Assembly: GCF_037042905.1 (NCBI RefSeq)
Contig: NC_087245.1
Location: forward strand, 33,358,001 to 33,422,000
DNA: 64,000 nt
Direction: 5' to 3'
From: Lytechinus pictus
Lineage: Eukaryota
The translations under genes and the position numbers were made by a program. Positions 1-13,930 of the stretch are shown here, one piece after another (the first letter of the stretch is position 1; every line of letters starts with the position of its first letter). The notes below the pieces were generated by a model that had not been told where the DNA came from, ran no database searches, and saw only the letters and a list, made by a program, of their open reading frames with translations.

Positions 1-1821
1 TTCCTAACGCCCTTTCTGTTTCATCTCTACAGATATGGAATAATTTGTGTTTCATAATACATAAACGCAAACTGCGCTCTTAATGTGACGCCACTAAGAC
101 GCATCAATCTTGAGATTGTACTCAACATCATGTAGTAATCACAGTTTTTTTTCATTCAAAGTCCTTTGAAACCTCCTATTCACACTACAGTTTTCATGAG
201 ATATCACTTAGTGAGCACTACTAATTAATATTTTTTCATCCCAACAGTCACCGTACTGTTATACATTTTCTTAAAATAAATCTTTCAATTCTTAACTCCT
301 GCGCTAACTTTTATGTCTTTTTTAAAGGAAAAAATTGTCAACTCGCAGGCCTTTCCTGATAATAAACATAAGTGGCTGCATATCATGAAATGCATTAATT
401 GGGAGGAAAATACACTGAGCAGAACTCTGACTAAAGGCAACAGCTAAATCTATATCAAAGTGTTTTCGTAAGCTCCCATAAGTGACCCAATATTTCCTGA
501 CAATGGTAATTCATGTCAATGATAATCATTTTGTTTTTATTAGGCCTATCTTGTAGCAATGTTTCAAAAGGTCTTGTTTGAGGAGACTACCACCATCTGA
601 TCTGTCTATTCAGCATCCCAATTGAAGCTCAAGTCATATGGACTAAGGGGGGCTTTGTTGTCAAAGGGAGATGTCATACCAACTCTTTCATGAGGCTGTC
701 CCAAGGAATCTTCCAAATTATTGGAGATATCTTCAGCTATTTCAATCATGCTAACAATGTTTCACAACACAGCGGAGGTAAAAGGCATTTTTGCATCCAA
801 AATATCACCCAATTTTTTTAATATTTGAAATGAAAAAAAAATCATACTTGAGGCGAGATTTTCATCCTTAAAAGGATTCAATATGACATCCATTTAAAAA
901 CAAAACATTGATTTTAATATAAACAATTTTGATACATTGATCATTGAGGGAATGGTCAATAATGATTCAAAATAATATTTTTTCTATTAAGGGGTGGGTG
1001 GGCATGGCACAGTTAAAACCTATATATTTGACTAAAATATTATGTAGACTTACATCTTCCATGAACAAGGAAATTTCACCAGTCATCTAAAAAAGAATTA
1101 TCCTTATTACTTCAAATTCTAATGTAAAGCTCTTCAATTAACAAGAAATTAAGATAAGAAGGAAAATACATCAAAAATTTTTCTAATCCATGAAAAAAAT
1201 AAGAAGCAAATCATTGGAAAGCCATCACCATCCTACAGGCAGAGATGCGTATATCCGTTGAGTGTTTTGATTCAGCACATGATCAAAGGGCAATCACCCC
1301 TTGGCCAATGAATGGACTGACTCGCAATATAAAGCACACGCAGAGTATACCATCCAATCATATCCAACACAAGATATTAACTCCTTTTGTCCACGACCTG
1401 TTCAATTACCGACCAATAAAAAGCATGAAAGTGAAGAGCGATTGCCTGCAAGCAATATAAAAAGCCTCCTCGACGATTGTTGTTTTGTTGTATCAAACAG
1501 ATGTAACTCATGCCATCAAACCAGTGTTCAAGCAAGTTCCAGTTTGTAAATACACACAGGCTCATGAGCATAAAATAAAGGAATGGTCAATTACCAACAC
1601 AACATATAAATATACCAGTCTGTTCAGCTATATTGGCGTAAATTCCAGCTTGTGCAATGTTGGACAGTATGGCAAATAAACAGAGGCAAATTAAATGCAG
1701 ACTTGACGATCAGCCCAAATGAAAATGGAAATTAAAAATGTAACACCCGTTCAGCTGGCATAATCCCAACGTTCTCCCAATGCTGAAGAAACGTGCCAAC
1801 CAAAAGTGAGCAGGCCCTTAC

Positions 1822-1875
1822 CAGTGGCGATCGCAGCTGTGACACCATGATGATGCGTGAGATGGGAGTACGCAT
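1822..1875 (-). CDS. Possible alternative first coding exon (MRTPISRIIMVSQLRSPL) of the minus-strand gene
   Basis: GC-richer island; ATG-initiated 18 codons ending at a strong phase-0 donor CTG|GTAAGG, the same phase as the exon at 46313-46459. Confidence 0.3.
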
Positions 1876-2348
1876 CACTGATTCCCCGTTAAACAAAGTA
1901 CACTAGGGCTGACACTGACCGATCATTTGGAGGATGAATGGGGACTGAGAGAGATGACAAAAATCTAGCACCTTTTCATATATGACATTTAATCATGAAA
2001 CTATGACATATATTTTCACAGAACATATATCTACATTCAATCTCCATTCTGAAGGGAAAAGGGTGTACTTTTATTGATTAACATACTTTATTCACCAATC
2101 ATTCATGTATCCAATTTTAAACTGCTTCGGTCAACTAACTTCAATAAGTCAATACAGTAAGCATGATTATTTATAAATCACTTCAAAATATGCTTGTTAT
2201 CCCATTTAAAGAATAACAATTAAGTGTTCAGTCATCTTTAGTATTAGGCAATGGGTTAAATGATATACATGTAGCCAATTAGTTTGAAGTGGACAATGTA
2301 AAAGAGCTTTCCTGATTGAAAATTAATGTAACTTCGTTGTCTCACCTG

Positions 2349-2481
2349 GGTCCCGTAACACAAAGGTTAATTAGCATTTAATCGTATGCTTGATTTTTAC
2401 GATTGATTGTACATTGTAGTCAATGGAATCAATCGTACAAAAATGTTCTACAATCATTGCTAAGCTTTGTGTTACGGGCCC
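2349..2481. mobile_element. Harbinger-type MITE, family A (~135 bp)
   Basis: TIRs GGTCCCGTAACACAAAG / CTTTGTGTTACGGGCCC; further copies at ~48248 and ~53912. Confidence 0.8.
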
Positions 2482-2528
2482 AGGTCTATGCAGTGGTTTC
2501 TTTATTAGATCGCAGATGGATAAACCAG

Positions 2529-2796
2529 GGTCACGTCTTACAAAGAGTTGCGATTGATCTGATGAAACTCAACTATGGAAAGCCAGCAACACCCACATCT
2601 AAAAATATGTTTGTTCAAAAAATGTTCTAGATATGATGTATTTTCATAAATTCATTGAATTCTTGACAATTTGGTGTGTTTGCCTTTGTTTACAAAGGAC
2701 ATTTTTGCACATTTCCTGAAAAAAAATTGGCATTGATGGATTTCCACAGACTTACGATTGATTGGATCAATCGTAACTCTTTGTAAGATAGGGCCT
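2529..2796. mobile_element. Harbinger-type MITE (~270 bp)
   Basis: TIRs GTCTTACAAAGAGTTGCGATTGATC / GATCAATCGTAACTCTTTGTAAGA; flanked by CAG/TAG. Confidence 0.7.
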
Positions 2797-4000
2797 AGGC
2801 AAGTTTATATAAGTACTTTTGAAAAATTAATTTATTACTTATCCAGCCAAAAAAGGGGCTAATTACAAAATGGTTTATTTTATGAATATGATACCATGCC
2901 AAATTTAGAATTAGAATTAACAGTCAATTACTCAGTACTTTATAGATCACACAAATGGCACTCTTTTTAATGAATGCATTACTTTAATGAAAAAGCCTCA
3001 TATTTCGATTTGCAATGAACCTTTTGATCTCAAGTTTGAGCAAACATGTGTGGCTTACAAAATTCAGAAGTCGATAGATAGACATGGTTTTAGTGCTGAA
3101 TGTGAAAAGGGTAGAGGGCAGGTTAGCGCAGTGACCTGGATACAATATGGCCTACTCAAGAAATAGAATTAAATTTTCACTAATCCTTCAAGAAATCAAT
3201 ATGGGCAGTTATGAAAAGTATATAAATTTATTGTGCTTATACTTACAAACACTACGGTAGCAGTAACAATGTATGAGGCAGATCTCGTAAAATAATCTGT
3301 GGAATGATCAAGTGGTCATTTTTTTTTGGGGGGGGGGGCTTTGGCGATCACTTTTAAATCCACAATTAAAAATGCTCAGTAACACGGCTGCAAAATATCC
3401 TTTGAAGTGTATATCCATATCAGAAATCTTTAAATCAGTTTTAAGGGGGAAAAAGGAAGGGATTACTTATCATCATTATCTTGGTAGAGCAGACAAATAC
3501 TGAAAAACGGGGAAAGGTTGGCATTGAAGTAAAAAGATATACCTCATTACATTTTATGAATTCTGATTATTGTTACATAACACCAAAATCTTGATTGTAA
3601 TTGCAAAAGCAATGACATTTTCATTTCAATTGAAATTATATGTCCCTGATTTTTGCAATGTCTATATATATTTGTATATAAATGTTAAGAGCAAGGACCT
3701 AAACATTGCGTGGGTGCTTTTTGTGTATAATTGAAAGGGTGCTTATACATATTCTATGTACCTTGGCCAAGTGTAAGAGAAGACAAAATAGTGTTTCCCT
3801 ACACCCCTGCCAGATCTGATTACGAACTACACGCGCTTCAATTTCACTAACCAAGACAAATTACATAATGCGACACTAAATATTGGCTGATTTTAACCAA
3901 TAATGAAGTTGATCTCATAAATGTGGCCTCGGCCGCTTCAGGCTAAATGAATTTCCTGTCAAAAGCTGCAACTCCGCAGAGATGGTGATCATGTTGATCA

Positions 4001-4144
4001 GGGACCAGTTGCAGAGAAGTCTGCAATCAAACGCAACTCCAAAAACCAAACACTACTTTATTTTTAACCAATCAGAAGTGCACATATGGGAGTTGCATTT
4101 GATTTTTTGTTTGTTTTCTTTCAGACATTTCTGCAACAGGGCCC
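4001..4144. mobile_element. Harbinger-type MITE, family B
   Basis: TIRs GGACCAGTTGCAGA / TCTGCAACAGGGCCC; CAG/CAG TSD; related copy at ~9684. Confidence 0.7.
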
Positions 4145-4933
4145 CAGGCGATGTTTTGAAAATAGCAAGCATCATGCCCAACCCTCACTTGTTTTTCTAA
4201 CATGGAAGCCCCACCAAATAGTTTATCATGTTCTAATAATTCTAATTTGTGATTATTCATGATGGTGATCATCTGGGGGCTTGTGGGTATGTAAACAGGT
4301 AATGATAAAGGTCTATGTTGTGATAACTGCATTTCCAGCTCAATGTGAATCAGTTTCAGAGTTCCATAGACTAAGAATAGGATTAAATTTTTCACTTTCA
4401 TTAAATTTACGTTTAGGATGTAAAGCCTCTAATATAATAAGAATAAAATAAATGTTTGATCCAAAGGAGACATATTTTACAATCTATATATCCAACTCAT
4501 TCAAAAGCAAGTTTTTATTTAGTTATAAATCATATCTATTTTTCAAATCAATAGTCAGAATCCATATCCTCCTCAAATAAGGTAACAAATAATTAATTGA
4601 TGTACCAAACCACTCCAATAGATTAACTGACTGTTATTCAATAGGATGAATGGAATTGAAACATTAATCAATCTAATTCCCATTATAATTGCTGGCTAAG
4701 TGGCTCAAGGCCATACTCACCACTCTAAATTGGGACAACCATGCAAATATATTACAGATGCATCAATGGTGCTTAAATAGGATAAAATTTGGTCAGTTAA
4801 TTGGCCTATATAATTATACTTAGGCATGGAATGCATACAGGTGTGGCTATTGTTGTTTAGAATCAATCAGATGCGAATCCGGGAAGGGGGGGGGGCTGAA
4901 AAAGGGGCAATTACCCAGTAATTTGCTACAAAC

Positions 4934-5941
4934 CGGGGGGGGGGGGGGACTTCCCCCGGGGGGCCAGTCAAATATATTGCTGTACACACACGTGACCAAA
5001 AAATGCGTTTAAAGGGGTGTTTTTTCAGTTTTGGACGCGGGCCGCGCGTGCACTTGTTAAGGGTATCAAAAACACAGATTTTCAAGAAAAAGGGTGGTTT
5101 TGAAAGACTGGTCAATGGTTAATCGCGGGATCAAAGGTATTTAGGGTATGTTTTTTCCCCAGAACTTTTTTTTTAAAGACTAGCCAAACGTGTTTAGGGT
5201 ATGTTTTGTCCCCAAGCTTTTTCCCCGAGGTCATATTTTGGCGACAACTTGTTTAGGGGCCAAAATGTGTAAATAAAGCCCGCGAAAAACTTGTTTTTCG
5301 GGGGTTATTTTGCACACAGAGAAAAACTCGTTTAGGGGGTGTTTGGAAATTCCTTGGTCACGCGTGTGTACAGCAATATATTTGACTGGCCCCCCCGGGG
5401 AACTTCCATTGACGAGTGGATACCATGCGTGACCATGGGGTTTCGAAAAGCACCCTAAACAAGTATTTTCCATATTCTGAAAATGCACCCCTTAGCAAGT
5501 ACTGGCGTGTGAAACCCTACCCTTCACAAGTATTGGAAACAAAACGGTACCCTTGAAAAATATTCCCTGAATTGACCCCCTAAACAAGTACAACTTTGTA
5601 TTTATTATGTCACGGACGTCGGCTAGCTTTACATTTACTTTCATTGGGTTTAGTACCACTCCACAGATGTCGCTCAAAGACCATACACATGTAGTGTTTG
5701 GGCAAAAAGGATATCCTTTATAAAGCATATTTTAGTCTTTTTATACCCTCACAAATTGGACCGTAAACAGTTTTCCGAGCCAAATATATATCCTTTTTTC
5801 ATTATTTAAGTGTTTTTGACACCCTTATTACGTTACGTACGTAACGTGCCCTATCTTGAAAATAGATCCTTTTTACATGTTTTTTTAGTCACGCATAGTA
5901 TCCACTAGGTCAATGGAAGTGCCCCCCCCCCTCCTCCTGGG
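4934..5941. mobile_element. Poly-G-ended non-autonomous DNA transposon (outer element of a nest)
   Basis: TIR G(n)..ACTTCCATTGAC.AGTGGATAC.ATGCGTGAC / GTCACGCAT.GTATCCACT.GTCAATGGAAGTGC(n); 8-bp TSD CTACAAAC/CTCCAAAC. Confidence 0.75.
4955..5399. mobile_element. CCCGGG-ended non-autonomous DNA transposon nested in the left TIR of the outer element
   Basis: ~43-bp TIR CCCGGGGGGCCAGTCAAATATATTGCTGTACACAC.CGTGACCAA; 8-bp TSD GGACTTCC/GAACTTCC. Confidence 0.85.
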
Positions 5942-6019
5942 CTCCAAACTAGCATTACGCTTCCCATATTTTTAAGAGAAAGTGTCTCTCCTCTGTGAAG
6001 TTATCAACTAATGTTTAAA

Positions 6020-6119
6020 GAGTCTTATTTAAAAAGTCTTTGGTGTGACTAAGCCAGGGATTGAACCCATGACCTTCCATTCACGAGGCAGGCACTCTAC
6101 CACTGAGCCACCATGCCGG
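6020..6119 (-). mobile_element. tRNA-derived SINE head
   Basis: Minus strand GGCATGGTGGCTCAGTGGTAGAG (A box) ... GGGTTCAATCCCTGG (B box), then non-tRNA sequence (AGTCACACCAAAGACTTT). Confidence 0.75.
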
Positions 6120-6744
6120 TCAAAATGTGAATAGGAGATCACGTTCACTGGAAATAGAAATATGGATTTTTGCTTTTCACAGGCATACGATTCATACCGG
6201 GGAACCATGAAGAAATACTTGATACAAAATACGTATTGAATTGAACTCACACTCACAGCCTCTTGTTGCTTGAGTTGGGAAATGTTAATATATGTTGAAA
6301 AGTATACAAGCACATTGAGACAGAAATGTCAAGTGTGAACAGATCCAATAATCTATATAATGTCCTTGAAGCAAGTGTAACTCCAGGTGCCGTTCTATCC
6401 TATCAATATAGAGCTGTAATATTTATTGGATTGTACATTCATTCATCTCCCAACCCGCCATGCCAGAAACTCGGTTTTCATTAAATTCATCTCAGGTCGA
6501 TAAATCCTTCAAGTTTACTTTTGGTTCACAGGGAATTAATCATGACAATATTTCATATAATCTTATCAAAAATAATTTTGTCCGACTAATATTTTATATA
6601 GTACTTTGCAATCCTTAAACACCATTCATGATATGAGAGTTTATTCCAAACATAGGATAGTAAAAGGCATCTACACATCATTATGCATCTATAGAACATA
6701 GATCTATCCTCAGAGCTGTCATCCAGCTTGAGTTTGATCTACCA

Positions 6745-6840
6745 TTTCCAGCGATCAGGGCAATCGAGCACCTGCCTGGTACCAGCTTACCTCACCTGGA
6801 TCAGGAGCAGCACAATTTAGATTAATTTCTTGCTGAAATA
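6745..6840 (-). mobile_element. Degenerate SINE fragment, same family as 53456-53881
   Basis: Shares CCTCACCTGG and TTGCTGAA segments with the 53.5-53.9 kb element. Confidence 0.45.
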
Positions 6841-7511
6841 AATGCTGGATCAACAGTGATGAATACAAATAGAAAGCAATAACTTCTTAATATAACTTCT
6901 ATTTACAGTCATAATTGTCATATGATCACGATGTGATACAGCTTAACATCTACGCAGGACCATGCTCCGTAAAGATTTATTACATGATCAATTTCTTTTA
7001 AAAGCTTTATACTCATCACCAACTCAGGAGCATTAAAATATATTTTGAATCTTAAACACCTATAATATCAAGGAACTGAGAGCTTGCAGTAGAATATAGA
7101 AATTATTTTAAATAAAACTTAATTTTACATAACGAGAAGTCCAACAATTTATCTGAATTAACTTGGAATTCCCTCAACCATAATCATGTTATCCTCCATT
7201 AACAGTGCATGACTATTCTCAAAAGTACACCTAATATAGCTCCATATATTTCAATTTTACAGCATATCTGTAGCTATACGTACACTTAGGTAATAAGTGG
7301 TGACAGTCATTGAAGGTTGATTCATATTCTGGCAATATGACCTCTAAAAGGTGATTAATTTTGTCAGATATCAAGGCACTTGGTAATTTTCTCTGTCAAT
7401 GAACTTTCAACGGACGACGTTATAACCAACTCTCAAGTGGAATCATAATATTTTTTTGAATAGATGGGTTGGTTGACTATTAATTCACACAACTCTTCAT
7501 ACTAGACTTTA

Positions 7512-7966
7512 GGGGGGGTTACAAGAAAATATTTGCAATCAATCACAAATTTTCTGTTGCAAATTCATAATTACTAGATCAATTGTATCTGTAGCATATC
7601 AGTAATCAGTCACATATTTACAATCAATGGCAACACATACACTACAAAAACTCCGGTGTTGATTTAACACCAGCCCGGAATCTATATATGTCCAAACCAG
7701 AGAAGTGTTAAATAACACCGGTTTTGGTATTAGTCTAACACCAGCATGACCAGATAGGTGTTTATACAACACCAATTAGTTTTAAAACAGCATCGGTTTG
7801 ATTCCAAACTGGTGTTGTTTCAATACTTCTCTGGTGTGGACATATATAGATTCCGAGCTGGTGTTAAATCAACACCGGAGTTTTTGCAATGTATGACTGA
7901 TTTAGGGACTGAAAATAGACACTGGAAATAGACTTGTGATTGATTGTAAGTTTCTTGCAACGCCCC
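7512..7966. mobile_element. Degenerate Harbinger-type MITE hosting a nested insertion
   Basis: TIRs GGGG.GTTACAAGAAA..TTGCAATCAATCACAA / TTGTGATTGATTGTAAGTTTCTTGCAACGCCCC. Confidence 0.6.
7640..7891. mobile_element. TA-flanked CACT-terminated palindromic MITE (EnSpm/CACTA-like or Tc1-like)
   Basis: ~80-bp TIRs CACTACAAAAACTCCGGTGTTGATTTAACACCAGC; TA on both sides; second copy at 51147-51367. Confidence 0.85.
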
Positions 7967-9683
7967 ATTAGTCTTATAGAAATTAAAATAGAGTTCTTAC
8001 ATGATTCAGATGAATATATATATTCATCTCGCGGATCCCTTCCCATTTGCCGTTAATATTTTTGCATGTCTTTCACATATGTATTTTTAGATGTTTTCAT
8101 GAAATGTATGTATGTAAATCCCAAAGCAAATTTCCTTTATGGACTCGAATAAAATTGAATTGAAAACAATAGAGATATTTCATTTCATGTGCAAACCTCT
8201 AAATCTAGATGTCCCACTATATTCATTTGGGGAGGGGCAGTTTTTTTTCACCTAATAATCTGGACGTGATCTAACTGACCATCACCAGAGCTGGTTCATC
8301 AACTAAAAGGTCATTTCAATTTTCATCTGTACTATTAAAAAATCTTTTTGGCCATTCCATTTTCTTAATGACAGGTAGGCCAGTATTGATGAGAGCTTGT
8401 CCGATGGTAGTAATTAGAGTAGGCAGTGTCATGATAGTCTATAATTGCAGACACTGTTGAATTAATGATGATGATTATGATACAATAATGATGGAGATGA
8501 TGACAAAAAATATTATTACAAAAATACTAAAAACTTAAATTGATAATAACAATGCAATACAGTAATCATAATCATAACAAGGCTGGCTTTGTCAAGCTTT
8601 ACACTTTTTGTTAAAAATCCAGATTACACTGTATATATAAATAACTGCAAGAATGATGAAACGATCCTCAATTTGGTTGAATATAGGAATTTGACAAAAC
8701 ACCAAAGCATCTGGTTGTACAGCTAATGTTATGTAACCACAAAACAGTTGCAACCTACATGTACACATTCGTTTTTTAACACTTGATTGGAATCAGAAAA
8801 ATGTTAACTTTAACCAAAATGATATAGCTTGTATTTCATTCCCCCAATAACAAATATTATTCATAACATTTATGCATTATGTACTCTATAATATAGATAT
8901 TTTTTTACAATTCATGTACGTCAATCCCAAAAAGAATTTATAAGCTGATACAGAAAGTATATTACAGTGGTTTTTTTCATACGATATCTCTCAATCAGAT
9001 TTTAAACATCTCCTGGTAGGCTGGTAATAAAATGATCTTGAATGAAAAAGTTCGCTACCTGTTTTTTTTCTTTATACAACCACACAATTTTAGAACTGTG
9101 ATACAATCCTAACCAAGAAAATGGAAATAACTTTCAAGGTTTCGAAGGCATTTATAATAAACTGTTGTATGTCAAAGACATGTTTTTTTTATGTTTGAAT
9201 GAGTGAATCATTTGTTGTGCATGAAAATCATATTCAATACAGGTACTTTATTGTTTGTACAAATTGTTAAAATTAAAATTCCCTCTTTGGAATGAAATAC
9301 TGTTAATGCAATGACATGAAAAGTTCAATATTTACAATCCCAGCTGGTCTGAACATATTAACACTGATCAATCACCTACAGTTTCATTTAAAAAGTAACG
9401 TCCTCATAATTCATGGTGAATGGGTAGATTTTTTTTTAGACAGTAAAGAGTTTAGGACAGATAACATCAAAGCCAGTAATTAACTTTTCACTACTGTATG
9501 GAAATTAATCTATAGCTTGTAATGTGTAATTCTCTATCAATTTAAACAAATACTTCAAAAATTCAAACAATTATTTTTTCAAGCAATAAATATTATGAAT
9601 TTATCATTGTTGTTTAAATTGATTATTCTGAACCAAAAAATCTATTACAATCCTAAATCTAATCCTATGAGATGTCAAGACCC

Positions 9684-9988
9684 GGAGCCCGTTGCAGAAA
9701 GAGTTGCAATCAAACGCAACTCTAAAAACCAATCAACAGCGCGCATTTTGGAGTTGCGATTGATTTTTTGACTTGCGTTTAAACGCAACTCTTTGTGCAA
9801 TGGACCCCAGAGCAGATGTCGCAGGAGAATATGTCATGTCACCCTTCATATACCTATTTTCAACCAATCACCAGCGCGCATTTTGGAGTTGCAATTGATT
9901 TTTTTACTTGCGTTTAAACGCAACTCTTTGTGCAACGGACCCCAGAGCAGATGTCGCAGGAGAATATATCATGCATGTCACCCTTCAT
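9684..9988. mobile_element. Family-B MITE with tandem duplication of its right half plus flank
   Basis: ~9727-9848 repeated at ~9862-9988. Confidence 0.75.
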
Positions 9989-10035
9989 TTACCTTTCTAT
10001 AAGTTCATATAGTAAAGTAAACATTACTGTACATA

Positions 10036-10987
10036 CACTCTAAGAATTTTCTATAACCAACTCCAAGTGTGAACTGAGCAACTGTTGGTTAAATACAATC
10101 ACAAGTCATTTTGCATGCATTTTTTTCTAAACCAACAGTTGGTAGGTTCACACTTTACAGGGTGGTTAAATCGTTTCTGAGATTGTACAGCATTGCTTCT
10201 CAGCTGTTATCCTACCATACCTTGCTCTTGAATCAGAATTACTTGAAGACAGAAACAGAGTGAAAGTGATATGAATGTTGATAATAACCCCAATTCCTAC
10301 ATGCAAATCACAGAATAGAGCAGCAATCGTTTGTATATGAAACCAAATGCCGCGCAAATTGGGCGGCAAATAATCAAATTTATGATGCATGAAATTGGTC
10401 CAGTTAGTCTGCTTACCGGTCCTGATATAGGACTTCTTTAAGAAATTGGTCAGATCAGAGATCAGGTCTGATGTTGATTTCAATATTACCATAATGCAGA
10501 CAGATATTAATTCAAATTTCCTTATTTTGCATTATCTAGTTCCAAATTGTCAAAATTCAGTCTCAAATATGTATAATGATATTTTTAGGTTATATGTTTA
10601 ATGATGTATTTAGGTTCAATATAACTGTTTTCCATTTTTTCTCTCTCTCTTTCTTTCTCAGCGCTAAGAGACTTAACTGTAATTTGCACTACAGTAATTA
10701 GATTAAATTCCTTTCAAAATCATATCTCTTTTGTAAAGTCTCCATATATCATCAATAAATGTAGAATATCAAATATTACAACATCAGTATGAATATATAA
10801 TTTGGAAAATAAAGTGCTTAACCAACACTTTCCATAGCTTGTATTCATGTGATGATTTTCAGCACCAAGGGTGCTCATAATGTTTTGTCGTGCTGTTCTT
10901 AGCACCTCATGCACTGCAAATCAGCAACTGAAATGCTGTAACTATACACGTTCTTAAAAGTGCTGCTTTAGAACTATTCTTAGAGTG
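10036..10987. mobile_element. TA-flanked CACT-terminated non-autonomous element (~950 bp)
   Basis: TIR CACTCTAAGAAT / ATTCTTAGAGTG with TA on both sides. Confidence 0.6.
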
Positions 10988-12077
10988 TAACAGTCTCCAG
11001 TAATCAATGGTAATATATGTTTGTGGCAAATATAATTCAGTCAATTTCTTTTCCCAAATTGATCTGTTACCCAATTTTGGCAAAAACTGTGTAACAAGAA
11101 TTGTTCAAAATGATTTTCAAAACCTCTCGAATTACAACCTAAAATAATTCCCTTCTTTCTTCATTTGAAATAACAGTATGATTAGAGTTGGAGATATAAT
11201 GATACCACTGATAGAATGCCATGGTAAGAGACGAAAAACAACAGAAAATGAAATAAAGGAATAAAAGAAGTTGACAAAATGCTAAAACTGAAAAGCACCG
11301 CCTCAAAAGAAAAAAGGTTTTTGATAACAAATAAAATCAGGATCTATTAATGTTACAGCTTTGTCATTTTGTTTTCATTTTCAAGATTTAGACATTTTAT
11401 GACTACAATTGACAAAAGGAGTGGGACGGGTGGGGTACTTTGTGAGAGAAGTGCTTAAGAAATTCAAATACATTTAATTGGCGCCAATGAAAATCAGATA
11501 GTGATACATTAAGTTATGTTTGTATTCATACCAAAAATAATAAGATATTCTAATCTGGGATCAAATCTTTGATTCGTTTTCCATGTTAAGTATAAAAATA
11601 ATGTTTCTACCACATTTTGTCAGACTATGTAAACATTATACATATATCATAAAGATCAGTATTTCAATTGTGATATTTGAAAAGATAAATTGTGATTAAA
11701 ATCTCTGAATTCAACTAAACGTTCTATTTGAATAGCAAATAGATTTATAAAATTGGCCATAAGAGAATTCAGCTGAATGCCAAAAAGAAAGCAAGATTAC
11801 CACCAGCTAGGAAGTTCAAAGCTCCACAATATTACATCGCAGCTTGCCGAAATTAAAAGCACTCGATCAAAACTCCACATTCGATAATGCAAATTCCACA
11901 AAAACATTATGAAACTAATCCTGGTTTGATAGAATTGATCCCACCACTGTACACAGAGTTGTGGATACCAAAGGCATGCAGGCTACACAAGTTCTCATGC
12001 CAGAGGCTGAGATATAAACACTTGTTTGCGGATCCTCCTTACAAGATGTACTAATGAACTTGGGTATGTACACGTGT

Positions 12078-12332
12078 GTAGAGAGAGGAAGGTCGCTTGT
12101 TAATGAGGAGGGACGAGAAAGGGGATTGAAGAAGAGGAAAGAGAGAGATAGGAGAGGGGAGGAGAGAGGTGGGGGGTTGAGAGAGAATGAGATAGAAGAT
12201 AAAGGATGAGAGAGGATAATAATGAGATACGAGAAGAGAAGATGAGAGAGAATGAGAATAAGATATAGAGATGAGAAAGAGAGATGAATAGAGAGGAATG
12301 TGACAGAAGGATGGAGAATGGGGGGGGGAGAG
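12078..12332. repeat. GA-rich polypurine low-complexity tract
   Basis: Near-continuous purine run. Confidence 0.8.
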
Positions 12333-13930
12333 CTAATTAGAACTAAGAACTAGCTGTGAAGAAATTGAGCATTTATGGAGAACGCCTCCTCGTTGACAAC
12401 AATGCTTGAAAATTTCTTAATCTTCATCATTGGCAAAGTAAACTTGAAATGGGTTGCTGAACAGAAAAATATACTTGGATCCATGTAGATTTGCGAGCTT
12501 AGTGCGAGATATATTTTCTATTAACCTCTTGGACTCTGATTTCTGGATTTCCTATAGGCTTTGTATATGGATCACCAGGTTCCAGCAGACAACGGGTTAA
12601 GCTCAATTTTACGACAATGCCTGAAGTAGATAAGCCTATATTTTAACATCCCTGCAAAGAGATCTGTTGGTGCTACACCCCATTCCAGGTTAAACAAAAA
12701 AAGAATTGTAACCCCCCCAAAAAAAAAAATTAGTGTTTAAATGAACCCCCAAATTTGCAGTAGGCACTATTGTATTTGCAAAATATTGAAAACCCACTGT
12801 CACAAACTATTCTCTTATTATTATTGTAATAGTATTTGCTACACATGCAAGGAAAACTAAATTTGTGAATTTGTAAAAGCTTGTAATCTCAAATCAATCC
12901 TGTGATAAGAGATAGATGAATTCCTGTTTGCCTTCTGGATGAGTGTCTGCAATTAAGTAATTAGTGCTACGGGTGTCTTCCTATGAAAACATATAATGGG
13001 TATTGCACTAGGGATGATGAAAAGCAGATTGAGGTAAAAGTAAGAGACGGATAAATCATCAATAGATGAATGAACAAAAACAGAAAGAGACAGATATATA
13101 TAAAGCATGGAAGAGAAAGGGAGAGTGAAAGATATTGGGGTGGATATGGAGAGAGAGATAGAGAGAAAAGGGGACAAAATGAGGAGTAATGTTCATTCAA
13201 AGCAGAAAGAAAGGTGCAAATAATTATGCAGCAAAAGTACACAGTAAATTTCAATTTGCATGCAAAAAAATCTTAATCCTCTTACATGAGGAATTTATAT
13301 AAGTTTAGCTTGAAATTTTATCCTTCTATGGTACTTTAATCTTTTTTAATGACAACATCAAACTGATGAGGTACCTGAAGTACATTTGCAATACTTTACA
13401 AATTTCCAGAACAAACAAGTGTCCTATCCTATTCTTCATCCCAGGCTTTACGTGTGTTTTACACTTCTTTGCTTAATTGGATTGAGGAGGAAAATATCAA
13501 ACACTGAAGCTATATTGTGGATATCTTAGTCTTCATAGAAATAAATAGCTAACTTGCAATATCATGGTTCAGGAAGAAGAGAATATTTCACAGAAAGTCT
13601 TGAGATAAGGTTACACGACTGGTGTTTAATTATACTGAAGAACTTCCCATAAATAGCTTGCCTGGTATGAGTAATGAGAATTCTAAATGGTAAAAAACTC
13701 ATTTAGGCTATCAATACTCTGGTTATTACTTTTGAAACGGGTGCAAAGGAAGGCTGGTAAACAATATTTTAATCAAAGATTATTGAAATAAATTCAATGT
13801 TGTGCTTCATAGATAGAGAATAAGTAAAAGACACATAAATAAATTGAAATTTGACTGACTGCAGGGGGGGTGTTAGAAAACAAAGGCAATATACCAAATC
13901 ACAAAAGGGGAAGGAGAGATTACAAGTGAG

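Noticed and set aside
6040..6119. Functional tRNA gene
   Set aside because: Acceptor stem does not pair well and the sequence continues into SINE-like body
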